NCBI GenBank assembly: GCA_944364615.1
Contig: CALVWF010000005.1
Location: 76,311 to 140,310, forward strand
Source: an uncultured Clostridia bacterium
Lineage (GTDB): Bacteria > Bacillota > Clostridia > Christensenellales > CAG-314
Direction of reading: 5' to 3'
DNA: 64,000 nucleotides
In this document: positions 55,735 to 63,732 of the stretch, one piece after another
How the letters are laid out: each line of letters starts with the position of its first letter
Position numbering within the stretch: position 1 is the stretch's first letter
Program-made: the position numbers and the translations under genes
Notes under the pieces: model-generated
The model's database searches: none
The model's input: the letters and a program-made list of their open reading frames with translations, nothing else
What the model was told of the DNA's origin: nothing

Positions 55735-55838
55735 CTCGATGAGACCCCAACTGAACACCTTTTATTTAGCTATGAAAACATATCGTATAAGATTGTCCAC
55801 GAAGAGGATGCTTAATTTGCATCCTATTTTTTAATGCC

Positions 55839-56012
55839 TTTCGTGGCGTCGTTGTACCACAGCAGTAAGCGGCAAGTCAACGGAAAAATTTATCGCTTAA
55901 AACTCAAAGAGAAGGAACAGTCATACTCGACTTAGAGTATGACTATTTTATTTTTACGATTTTTATCTAACAGGACAATCCAATGCAATACATTTTTCTT
56001 TTCGTTGACTTC
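55839..56012 (+). repeat. roughly 170-bp module, copy 1 (conserved motif + terminator hairpin + TTGACT box)
   Basis: tttcgtggcg...aagtcaa...tatcgcttaaaactcaaa, then a perfect 10-bp hairpin agtcatactc/gagtatgact plus a T-run, then ttttcgttgacttc. It is collinear with 57269-57436. Confidence 0.7.
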
Positions 56013-56066
56013 CGGGAGACTGTATTAAGGCTTACAGATAAGAGCTTTCTTGATAGGTTTAAAATA

Positions 56067-57110
56067 TTACAAATAATCAGGTAAGCCTAACGGATTACGT
56101 AAAGTTTCTATTTCTTCATTTGTTCTTGCAACAAAATATTCCTCATAATCCCACTGTGCTCTGTCATAATCCTCTTTGAAAACAAATTTACAGTGGTTTT
56201 TAAAAAACTCGGATACACCCTTAAGAATATTAATTATCAACTCGTTGTTAAAACTAATATACCAATACGCCATATCACCAGCTTCATATGCTGCACCACC
56301 TTTTAATTTTGCCAGCACTTCGGGATAATTTTCTTTTAGTTTTTTATATGTAGATAAACTATTATGTTTGATAAAATGCCATATTAAGTACATTTTATCG
56401 TATTCTTTAAATCCTTCAAGTCCCTTGATTTGTTTCGCTGTCTTGTTTTTAAAGTTATATAAATTATCACGCTTGAATTGTTTGCCACAAAAACCGTTTT
56501 TATATAAAATTTTAACTGTCATAGCTTCTATTTTAGACGTCATCTGATGAAAAAACTGAGCATATAAACTCATATATAGTTTAACCCTTTTGTCTTGTGC
56601 CTTCGCTTTGGCACGAATATTCCGCATCAAAGTATTAGTACAAGCTTCTTCATGGTCAACAATACCGCTCGTAAAAAGATCATCATCGCCAGGCGTGTAT
56701 TCTTTCGCTTTTATAGCTTTGATTTCTTTTTCAATCAAAGGCATATAATCCTTTTCCCATTCATTTAATATGTCTTCTATTAATGGAATTATTAAATTAC
56801 AGTTATAATCTTCCCTTTGCTTTTTAGAAGGGAAATAGTAATGCGTACGACGCGCTTTCATTATATCAAGCTGTTTTTCTGACAACCCTATTTTTTTGCC
56901 ATATCTTTCTATATCTATTTTTACTCTTCTTTTATCTCCGGCTTTAGAAATAAAAACCCCATAGTATCTTGTGTCATCATAACGGTGTTCTTCTTCAAGT
57001 TGTGAATACAACTTAAGATTAGCATCTTTACACTTCACTTTATCCTTTTCCTCCATGATAGTAATTAAGGCATCCCAAAGGATGCCTTTGCCAAATTGAT
57101 TATTCAGCAT
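56067..57110 (-). CDS. AT-rich hypothetical protein (347 aa), orphan cargo gene
   Basis: A long ORF, the only minus-strand gene in this segment. It is Lys/Glu/Tyr-rich, has no signal peptide and no motif I can assign. It is flanked by the duplicated roughly 170-bp module. Confidence 0.7.
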   Translation of the reverse strand: MLNNQFGKGILWDALITIMEEKDKVKCKDANLKLYSQLEEEHRYDDTRYYGVFISKAGDKRRVKIDIERYGKKIGLSEKQLDIMKARRTHYYFPSKKQREDYNCNLIIPLIEDILNEWEKDYMPLIEKEIKAIKAKEYTPGDDDLFTSGIVDHEEACTNTLMRNIRAKAKAQDKRVKLYMSLYAQFFHQMTSKIEAMTVKILYKNGFCGKQFKRDNLYNFKNKTAKQIKGLEGFKEYDKMYLIWHFIKHNSLSTYKKLKENYPEVLAKLKGGAAYEAGDMAYWYISFNNELIINILKGVSEFFKNHCKFVFKEDYDRAQWDYEEYFVARTNEEIETLRNPLGLPDYL

Positions 57111-57268
57111 TACATATAAGTGCTAACCATCACTCCGACAATGTTGCCCATAGATGGAAATTTGGCATCAACCATATCCAAATTCTCTTATATATTTAAG
57201 TATAACATATACTAAACGAAAAATCAATCAAACATATTGCCATTTAGATTACTCTCCAAATTTTGCCG

Positions 57269-57436
57269 TTTCGTGGCGGCTATCGTAGCACAGATTTCGC
57301 AGAAGTCAATGCGAAACAATATCGCTTAAAAATCAAATATCTCTTAACTCCGAAGCCGGGAAGTAATTTCTTCTCGGCTTTTTCTTTGAAAATCTAATGA
57401 CTTAAAAGCAATATTTTTTCGTTTGTCATTGACTTC
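57269..57436 (+). repeat. roughly 170-bp module, copy 2 (upstream of the small-gene operon)
   Basis: tttcgtggcg...aagtcaa...tatcgcttaaaaatcaaa, then the hairpin gaagccgggaag/cttctcggctt plus a T-run, then ttttcgtttgtcattgacttc (TTGACT at 57429-34, a possible -35 box). Confidence 0.7.
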
Positions 57437-57527
57437 TGTTTCCCACCACTTCTAATGTACAGACCTATACTCAATCAATGCTACTTCGCCTCTGCCGAAA
57501 GGCAAAATAAATTTGGAGGTAAATCCT

Positions 57528-57791
57528 ATGGAAAACAAAGTTTCCCAAATTCCTGAATTCAAGAGGTATTATCTCTCAGAATTCGAACTCTATGACGGTG
57601 AAGAATTCATCACCTTCAACATCGTAGGAATCGATGCTGCTAAAAACGAAATCCAGATAGCCGTTACTAACAGAGGCAAAATAAGCGTTATCACTTACGA
57701 CCTTCTGACAGATAAAAACGGCAGACTGTATTTCGAATACGGCGCTATGTTTGAACACGTCCATTTGAACAACTTCAAGGAGGTTGCATAA
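57528..57791 (+). CDS. hypothetical protein (87 aa), first gene of the mobile-element operon
   Basis: RBS GGAGG lies 7 nt upstream of the ATG at 57528. A TAATG overlap with the next gene. Confidence 0.6.
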   Translation: MENKVSQIPEFKRYYLSEFELYDGEEFITFNIVGIDAAKNEIQIAVTNRGKISVITYDLLTDKNGRLYFEYGAMFEHVHLNNFKEVA

Positions 57792-58204
57792 TGAAACTGA
57801 CCCTTGCTAATGTCAAAGAAATAAAACGAAACTCAAGCAGCCCTCTTACAAAACGGGTATGCAACTACGTTATCGATGAATGGAGCGACTATTCGGATAA
57901 GAAGAATATCTTTACCGACGTGCTTTATCACGGTTGCCAGTCTGGTATCGTAGGCGAACTGATCTACTACACAGATACTGTGCGTTTTTACAAACAGTAC
58001 AGACAGGAAATTAACGACCTTTTGTACGACACGATGAACGGAACGGGGCTTTACTCCCCTTCCGAACTTTTCGGAGATAAGTGGGACAAGGAAGATCCGC
58101 TTGCACAGGATACATACAATCAAAACTTGCTGGCATGGTTCGGCTTTGAAGAAACACTTAGAAACATCGCTTACAACTTTGAACAATTAGAAAATTATAT
58201 TTAA
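57791..58204 (+). CDS. hypothetical protein (137 aa), conjugative-element-associated
   Basis: RBS AAGGAGG and translational coupling. I have seen the YHGCQSGIVGELIYYTDT...LAWFGFEE pattern in Firmicutes mobile elements but cannot name a family with confidence. Confidence 0.6.
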   Translation: MKLTLANVKEIKRNSSSPLTKRVCNYVIDEWSDYSDKKNIFTDVLYHGCQSGIVGELIYYTDTVRFYKQYRQEINDLLYDTMNGTGLYSPSELFGDKWDKEDPLAQDTYNQNLLAWFGFEETLRNIAYNFEQLENYI

Positions 58205-58217
58205 GGAGAAAAAGACT

Positions 58218-58628
58218 ATGAAAACGACTATCACCAAGAAAGAAAAAGCAATCGAAATCATGAAGAAAATGGACATCTATAAACCGTACATCAAAGGATT
58301 CAAAGAAAACGACCAAGTTTGCTTCTTTGAACAATTCGGCGGTTTCTGGATCGACCAAGAGCCTGAACTTTACGCAAAGATGAAAGCAATCGAAAACGAA
58401 CACAAATGCAAAGTCTATGCCGTTACGCACGAATACACGGAATTCGGAGAGCTTTACGACTTCCTTATCGTAACAGACTATCCTGAAGAATGGGAAACAC
58501 TTGTGTACAGTCAAGGCAACCGTCATACGGCTTTTGCTTACGTCTGGAACAAAGACGATGACTGGTGTTCGGAATTCGGCAGTATTACCGTACAGAGCTT
58601 CGGTGGCGGCATCAAAAGAATTGCGTGA
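58218..58628 (+). CDS. hypothetical protein (136 aa)
   Basis: RBS AAGGAG, a compact operon context and acidic composition. Confidence 0.6.
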   Translation: MKTTITKKEKAIEIMKKMDIYKPYIKGFKENDQVCFFEQFGGFWIDQEPELYAKMKAIENEHKCKVYAVTHEYTEFGELYDFLIVTDYPEEWETLVYSQGNRHTAFAYVWNKDDDWCSEFGSITVQSFGGGIKRIA

Positions 58629-58636
58629 GGCGGAAT

Positions 58637-58939
58637 ATGAAAGTTTACTTAGTTGTATTTGAATGGTCTACCGAAGATGACTCGGACGTAGATATTGAAG
58701 CTTATGACAGCTATGAAAAAGCTGCTATGCGGTTTCATGAACGCATAAACGAGGAAAAGACGGATATGTCTTGGGTGCATGAAGCTTTCGATGAAAATGA
58801 CGACATTCTTGACGGATATGATTTCGATGAATGCCAGCCAGACACGAGCTTGGAAACTTATGCATATTGGAACATCACAAATAAATATAACTGGCAGATG
58901 CACGATTACATCGCCCTCATACAGCTGGAGGTGAAATAA
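58637..58939 (+). CDS. hypothetical acidic protein (100 aa)
   Basis: The ATG at 58637 is preceded by GAGG, and the stop abuts the next ATG. The protein is highly acidic (many D/E). Confidence 0.55.
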   Translation: MKVYLVVFEWSTEDDSDVDIEAYDSYEKAAMRFHERINEEKTDMSWVHEAFDENDDILDGYDFDECQPDTSLETYAYWNITNKYNWQMHDYIALIQLEVK

Positions 58940-59188
58940 ATGAAACACACAGATGAAGTTCAATCGATCCTGACGGCAATCTTTGCTATCAACAGAACAA
59001 ACGAACACGAGGACAAAGATATTTCCCTTGTCCTCGATTACGCTTTCCGCAGATTTTACAGCTCAAATACCAACCTGCTTACTCTCGCTTGTATCGGTAA
59101 AACAAAAACTCAAATCATGCCGGAAGTGACGCAACTGTTAGAAACAACCACACAATATAAAAAGTATTTGGAGGAATATGAAAAATGA
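58940..59188 (+). CDS. hypothetical protein (82 aa)
   Basis: RBS GGAGGTG. ATGA overlap with the next ORF. Confidence 0.55.
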   Translation: MKHTDEVQSILTAIFAINRTNEHEDKDISLVLDYAFRRFYSSNTNLLTLACIGKTKTQIMPEVTQLLETTTQYKKYLEEYEK

Positions 59189-59376
59189 AACCGTACAAAA
59201 CACAGGCTCATATCCATTCTCTCAACGGAAAGATGGATGATATCACCGTACTCGAAGATTTAGGAAACAACGATTATATCGTGGACTACAAGGGCGTGAA
59301 ATGTCACGCCCTTTTTAATTGGTTCAACTGTACCTATTACGCAGACGATGTTTACACAATCATCAAGGAGGTTTAA
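59185..59376 (+). CDS. hypothetical protein (63 aa)
   Basis: RBS GGAGG upstream. Coupled start. Confidence 0.5.
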   Translation: MKPYKTQAHIHSLNGKMDDITVLEDLGNNDYIVDYKGVKCHALFNWFNCTYYADDVYTIIKEV

Positions 59377-59380
59377 CACT

Positions 59381-59755
59381 ATGGCTAAATTAGCAGAACT
59401 CAAAAAATATCTGGATTATGAATTCTCTTCGGGATGTTATACCGGGGACGACTATAAATCCTTTCAGACGAAGTACATAAATTACCTGAAAGCTATGTGC
59501 AAAGAGAATCACTGGCGGTTAGTGAACGTATGCAGAAACCACTACTGCTTTTCTGCCTTTATCCAAAGCAGTCAAAACAAATTTGTGTACATCTCTATTA
59601 GCGATGTCAGACATTTTTCAAACGAATGGTACGACCATGTTCTCATTCGCACGGCAAAAAACGAAGTCGATTACAGAGGGGGTTTTAACCACTACACCAC
59701 TCTTGACAAACTGGACGTAAAAGCGGCTGAACTCTTGGACGACATGCCGTTTTAA
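59381..59755 (+). CDS. hypothetical protein (124 aa)
   Basis: The ATG at 59381 is preceded by AAGGAGG. The track ORF start at 59348 lacks an RBS. Confidence 0.55.
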   Translation: MAKLAELKKYLDYEFSSGCYTGDDYKSFQTKYINYLKAMCKENHWRLVNVCRNHYCFSAFIQSSQNKFVYISISDVRHFSNEWYDHVLIRTAKNEVDYRGGFNHYTTLDKLDVKAAELLDDMPF

Positions 59756-59766
59756 GGAGATGCAAT

Positions 59767-60039
59767 ATGAAATCAATCATTGAAGAACTTTACTACGGAA
59801 ATATCGATGCAAAAGAAGACATTGTACTTCCTGAAAAGAAACGCAAAAAAGAACTTGCGCTTTACGACAAACTGAAAGCCACTCTATCCAAAGAAAGCGA
59901 TGAACTTTTTGAAAAATTTATCGAAATTACAGAAGATCATTACGATGAATTGATGCGCATGATTTTCAAACGTGGAGTTTCAACAGGAATTATGCTTGCT
60001 GCCGAAGCGTTTGTCGAAGGAGAAAAACTATGCGATTGA
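59767..60039 (+). CDS. hypothetical protein (90 aa; DUF6809-like by recollection)
   Basis: RBS AAGGAG. The N-terminal pattern IIEELYYGNIDAKE recurs in Clostridia mobile elements. The family name is tentative. Confidence 0.5.
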   Translation: MKSIIEELYYGNIDAKEDIVLPEKKRKKELALYDKLKATLSKESDELFEKFIEITEDHYDELMRMIFKRGVSTGIMLAAEAFVEGEKLCD

Positions 60040-61049
60040 ATCTTGAAGCCAAAACAAAAGAACAGGAACTCATAAAAGCGTACCTCGAAGAAAACGCAAG
60101 CGAAATAATTTCAGATAAAATCAACAACGGTACGCCTTTTGAAAAGGACCGAAAAACTTTTATCAACAAAAAGACGCTGGACGGATTTATGAAATACGCA
60201 TCAGACGAGGCAAGAAAACTTGCCTCGAAAGGTGCAAATTCAGCGTGTGTAGAAGATAAAGTCGTTTATGGCTGGGCTGTCCACTATTTCGAAGAAGACA
60301 GTATCGAAGATACGCTCTTAAACGATGACGGTACCGAATATAAACCCGCTCCGAAATCGACGCCTGCAAAAGTCAAAAAAGTCGAACCAAAAAAACCAGA
60401 ACAGCGTCAACCGACGCTCTTTGATTTTATGGAACCGCAGAAATCGGAACCCGAAGTCAAAGACGAAAACAATGATGACGAGGACGAACAGCCTTCGCAA
60501 GAAGAAATCGACGAAATCCTTGCCGAAATCGCCGAAGAAGAAAACAAAAAAGCAACTCAGAAAAAGCTGTCCCCTTTCTATGAAAAATATCTGGAAATAG
60601 AACACTCTTATCCTGATTACGTGGTTGCTTATCGGCTCGGTGACTTCTACGAAGTGTTCGGCGAAAAAGCCGTACAAATTTCCGAAGAATGTAATCTTAC
60701 TTTAACAGGCCGTGACGTCGGACTTGAAACCCGAATCCCGATGGTCGGATTCCCCTACCACGCCGCTGAACTGTATTTTGACAAAATTCAGCGCAATCAC
60801 CGCTTGGTCATTATCAATTCTGACGGCACATTGAAAGAACTTTCCAACCCGCAATCCGCTATCAATCTTGATACCGGCGAAATCTACGATGAAATGACCG
60901 AAGAAGAAATGCGGGAATTTGACGGAGATATCGAAGAACCGCAAGACATTGACGACGAACCCGAAGATTTGTTTGACGCAACAGCTTTTGATAAAACTGC
61001 CCTTTGCAAATTAGATGCAATCTTCGGAGATAAACTTACTTTGAGGTGA
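60030..61049 (+). CDS. mobile-element protein containing a stand-alone MutS domain I (mismatch-binding domain)-like module
   Basis: Residues 180-266, LSPFYEKYLEIEHSYPDYVVAYRLGDFYEVFGEKAVQISEECNLTLTGRDVGLETRIPMVGFPYHAAELYFDKI, align position-for-position with the E. coli MutS N-terminus ([30 protein letters not shown]...ISLTKRG...IPMAGIPYHAVENYLAKL), including the GDFYE Phe-x-Glu motif. No MutS ATPase, clamp or core domains are present. The N-terminal roughly 95 aa and an acidic linker are unassigned. Confidence 0.7.
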   Translation: MRLNLEAKTKEQELIKAYLEENASEIISDKINNGTPFEKDRKTFINKKTLDGFMKYASDEARKLASKGANSACVEDKVVYGWAVHYFEEDSIEDTLLNDDGTEYKPAPKSTPAKVKKVEPKKPEQRQPTLFDFMEPQKSEPEVKDENNDDEDEQPSQEEIDEILAEIAEEENKKATQKKLSPFYEKYLEIEHSYPDYVVAYRLGDFYEVFGEKAVQISEECNLTLTGRDVGLETRIPMVGFPYHAAELYFDKIQRNHRLVIINSDGTLKELSNPQSAINLDTGEIYDEMTEEEMREFDGDIEEPQDIDDEPEDLFDATAFDKTALCKLDAIFGDKLTLR

Positions 61050-61052
61050 AAT

Positions 61053-62372
61053 ATGAGAGAAACAGACATCAAACCTATCCCGAAATACATACTAAACCAA
61101 ATCCGAAAGGCGGATAATAAAAACTATCCTAACCCAGACGGACACGTTCGCTGTTATGCCTATCTTACCACTTGGAAAAACGAGCTTGTGAAAGTGACCG
61201 TTGCCGTGAAAAACCGCTACAAAAAATGGTACTGCAAGCAAGTTGCCGTTCACGGACTGAACTCGAAAAAATGCTTTGTGAAAGATATGGAATACTGCTA
61301 TTGCGCAAGTATGGGTTTTCGTTTCGGCTGGTACGAAGAAGGCTTGCAAAAATGCGAAAACTGGTACGAACGCGGTTGGTGCTGGGCTGACGATAAATAT
61401 TACGATCCGTATGCCGAACTCATCAACCCAAACTTTATAGACCGCTTACCGGAGTTCAAATACAGCGCATATAAACTGTTTCAGGGTTGCGATATTTTCA
61501 AATATTTACGGCTTTACAGACAGTATCCCCAGATTGAAATGCTGATGAAACTCGGCTTTACAAGCATTGCCATGAGCGCAACCATATTAAAGCGTTGCGG
61601 AACGGACAAAGCTTTCTGCAAATGGCTCATTTCCAACAAAGCATTGCTTCAAAGCAGACACTACTATATCGACGTCATTGTGCGAGCATATAAGACGAAA
61701 AAATCGCTTGAACAGTTGCAGTCATATAAGGAAGCAAAGCTCCGACTAATCCACGACAGCAGTCTTGCTCCAATCAAAGAACTGTTCAAAGGAAAAGACC
61801 TTGAACGGTTCTTTGACTATATGTTAAAACAACAGACCAACCAGAACACTTATCTTGACTATCTGAAAGCCTGCCAAAATCTCGGACTCGATATGACAGA
61901 AGACAAGAACCGTTTCCCCCACGATTTCAAACGCTGGCACGATATCCGCATCGACCAGTACGCCACAAAAAAAGCAATCGAAGATGAAGAAAAACACAAG
62001 GAACTGTATATTCAATTTGCCGCCGTTGCGGAAAAATATCTATCCTTGCAACACGCAAAACGAAGCGCGTTTGTATGCATTATCGCAAAAAGCCCGGCAG
62101 ATCTAATTCGAGAAGGCGAAGCCTTGCATCACTGCGTAGGCAGAATGAATTATGAGCAACGTATGGTACGGGAAGAATCGCTCATCTTCTTTATCCGAAA
62201 CAAACAGGAACCCAACACTCCGTTCGTTACAGTCGAATACTCAATATCGCAAAAGAAAGTCCTGCAATGTTACGGAGAACACGATCACAAACCGAACGAA
62301 GACGTACTGCATTATGTCAACAAAGTATGGCTCCCTTACGCTAACAGAACACTTAAACAAATTGCAGCATAG
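61053..62372 (+). CDS. PcfJ-like protein
   Basis: 439 aa. The C-terminal motif LIREGEALHHCVGRMNYEQRMVREESLIFFIR...PFVTVEY is the conserved core of PcfJ-like proteins of Gram-positive conjugative plasmids/ICEs. Confidence 0.7.
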   Translation: MRETDIKPIPKYILNQIRKADNKNYPNPDGHVRCYAYLTTWKNELVKVTVAVKNRYKKWYCKQVAVHGLNSKKCFVKDMEYCYCASMGFRFGWYEEGLQKCENWYERGWCWADDKYYDPYAELINPNFIDRLPEFKYSAYKLFQGCDIFKYLRLYRQYPQIEMLMKLGFTSIAMSATILKRCGTDKAFCKWLISNKALLQSRHYYIDVIVRAYKTKKSLEQLQSYKEAKLRLIHDSSLAPIKELFKGKDLERFFDYMLKQQTNQNTYLDYLKACQNLGLDMTEDKNRFPHDFKRWHDIRIDQYATKKAIEDEEKHKELYIQFAAVAEKYLSLQHAKRSAFVCIIAKSPADLIREGEALHHCVGRMNYEQRMVREESLIFFIRNKQEPNTPFVTVEYSISQKKVLQCYGEHDHKPNEDVLHYVNKVWLPYANRTLKQIAA

Positions 62373-62385
62373 GAGGAATTAAACA

Positions 62386-62670
62386 ATGGCAAACTATTTC
62401 AGAATTACAGCTTATCACCCGACCGAAAATCTCTCGGTCATTATGGACTCAAACGGACTGTTTGAAAAGCTCTGGCAATTCTCATCCTTTATGGTCTCCA
62501 AAGGCTTCAAAATCATCGAAGTCGGAGGTGAAGACAAATTCAACGAAGGCGATATGCCAAAAGCCGAACAAGATACCGTTCACGTTATCCTGCGTGCTTG
62601 TAAAAGCGGTGAACCGGAAATTACTGGCAACCGCATTACAGTAGAAGGAAAATCCTACACAACTATATGA
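62386..62670 (+). CDS. hypothetical protein (94 aa), last gene of the operon
   Basis: RBS AGGAGG. A bidirectional terminator follows. Confidence 0.55.
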   Translation: MANYFRITAYHPTENLSVIMDSNGLFEKLWQFSSFMVSKGFKIIEVGGEDKFNEGDMPKAEQDTVHVILRACKSGEPEITGNRITVEGKSYTTI

Positions 62671-62674
62671 AACG

Positions 62675-62702
62675 AAAAAGCCGCTTCATTGCGGCTTTTT
62701 TT
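62675..62702. terminator. bidirectional rho-independent terminator
   Basis: aagccgc-ttcatt-gcggctt, flanked by an A-run and a T-run. Confidence 0.8.
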
Positions 62703-62707
62703 ATGCT

Positions 62708-62950
62708 TTATTCTATTTCCAAATCTTCTGACATAAATATCGAATCGTCCAAAAATTCAATCACTGTCATTTTGAACCCACGAGCTATCATCATAACGGT
62801 ATTTAACTCTATACCCTTATTCCTTGCGCTCATTATGCCGTTCATCGTGCCGTGTTGAATTCCAGAATCTTGTTCTAACCGATACTGCGTCATCTTCCTT
62901 TCTATTAATAATTGATTTATGCGTTTCGCAACTGCTTGGCAAATAGTCAA
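62708..62950 (-). CDS. XRE-family HTH transcriptional regulator
   Basis: VAKRINQLLIERKMTQYRLEQDSGIQHGTMNGIMSARNKGIELNTVMMIARGFKMTVIEFL is a Cro/C1-type HTH. The start is probably the TTG at 62950 (GAGGTG 7 nt upstream); the alternative TTG at 62965 is the one used by the ORF track. Confidence 0.7.
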   Translation of the reverse strand: MTICQAVAKRINQLLIERKMTQYRLEQDSGIQHGTMNGIMSARNKGIELNTVMMIARGFKMTVIEFLDDSIFMSEDLEIE

Positions 62951-63095
62951 AATAATACACCTCAAACTCTTTATAAATAGTTTATCAATATAAGGCGTTA
63001 AAAATACGGAGTTAGAACGCCGTATTGATTGCGTTGCAAACTTGAAAAGCGTATAATATAGGAAGTTATAACTTCATATTTTCAAGGAGTCCCCT

Positions 63096-63602
63096 TTGAT
63101 TGCAACTTTTATAGGTCATCGCAAAATTCAAAACTGTGAAATATTAACTACAAGGCTAAAAGAAACTATCATCCGTCTAATTGACGATAAACAGGTTGAT
63201 ACTTTTTTGTTCGGCAGCCGAAGTGCTTTCGATGATTTATGCCTTGAAACAATCACTGAAATACAACAGATCCGTCCACACATAAAACGAATATACATCA
63301 GAGCCTCTTATCCATATATCAACAGCAACTATGAAACATACCTGCTCAAATTCTATGATGCTACCTATTTCCCAGACAAAATCGAGAAAGCAGGAAAAGC
63401 CTCTTATGTAGAACGCAACGAATATATGATTGACAAGGCGGACTTCTGTATTTTTTATTATAACGAAAACTATCAACTTCCACTTAAACCGGCAACCAGA
63501 AAACGTATCTTCTCTTTTCAACCGAAAAGCGGAACCAAAATCGCATACGATTATGCCGTGCAAAAGAAAAAGACAATTATAAACCTATTCAGTGAACCAT
63601 AA
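63096..63602 (+). CDS. SLOG/DUF1273 (YpsA-like) family protein
   Basis: TTG start with AAGGAG 6 nt upstream. FIGHRK...TFLFGSRSAFDDLC...ERNEYMIDKADFCIFYY resembles the Rossmann-like SLOG fold motifs of DUF1273. It is divergent from the XRE gene. Confidence 0.5.
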   Translation: MIATFIGHRKIQNCEILTTRLKETIIRLIDDKQVDTFLFGSRSAFDDLCLETITEIQQIRPHIKRIYIRASYPYINSNYETYLLKFYDATYFPDKIEKAGKASYVERNEYMIDKADFCIFYYNENYQLPLKPATRKRIFSFQPKSGTKIAYDYAVQKKKTIINLFSEP

Positions 63603-63732
63603 CATACCCTTCGAATACGGTAGTGGGATATTTGCGTGTGCTTGTTTTTACACATTTTTATGGATACATTTAGAGGGAAAGATCGGGGCATTAAAAAAGG
63701 TGCATGGAGTTGTTTTCCATACACCTTTTTTG

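Noticed and set aside
60325-60600. An alternative-frame 91-aa Lys/Asn/Ser-rich ORF, plus the antisense 60318-60677 ORF.
   Set aside because: They are frame-shadows of the acidic, repetitive linker (GAA/GAC-rich) of the MutS-I-like gene. There are no independent start signals.
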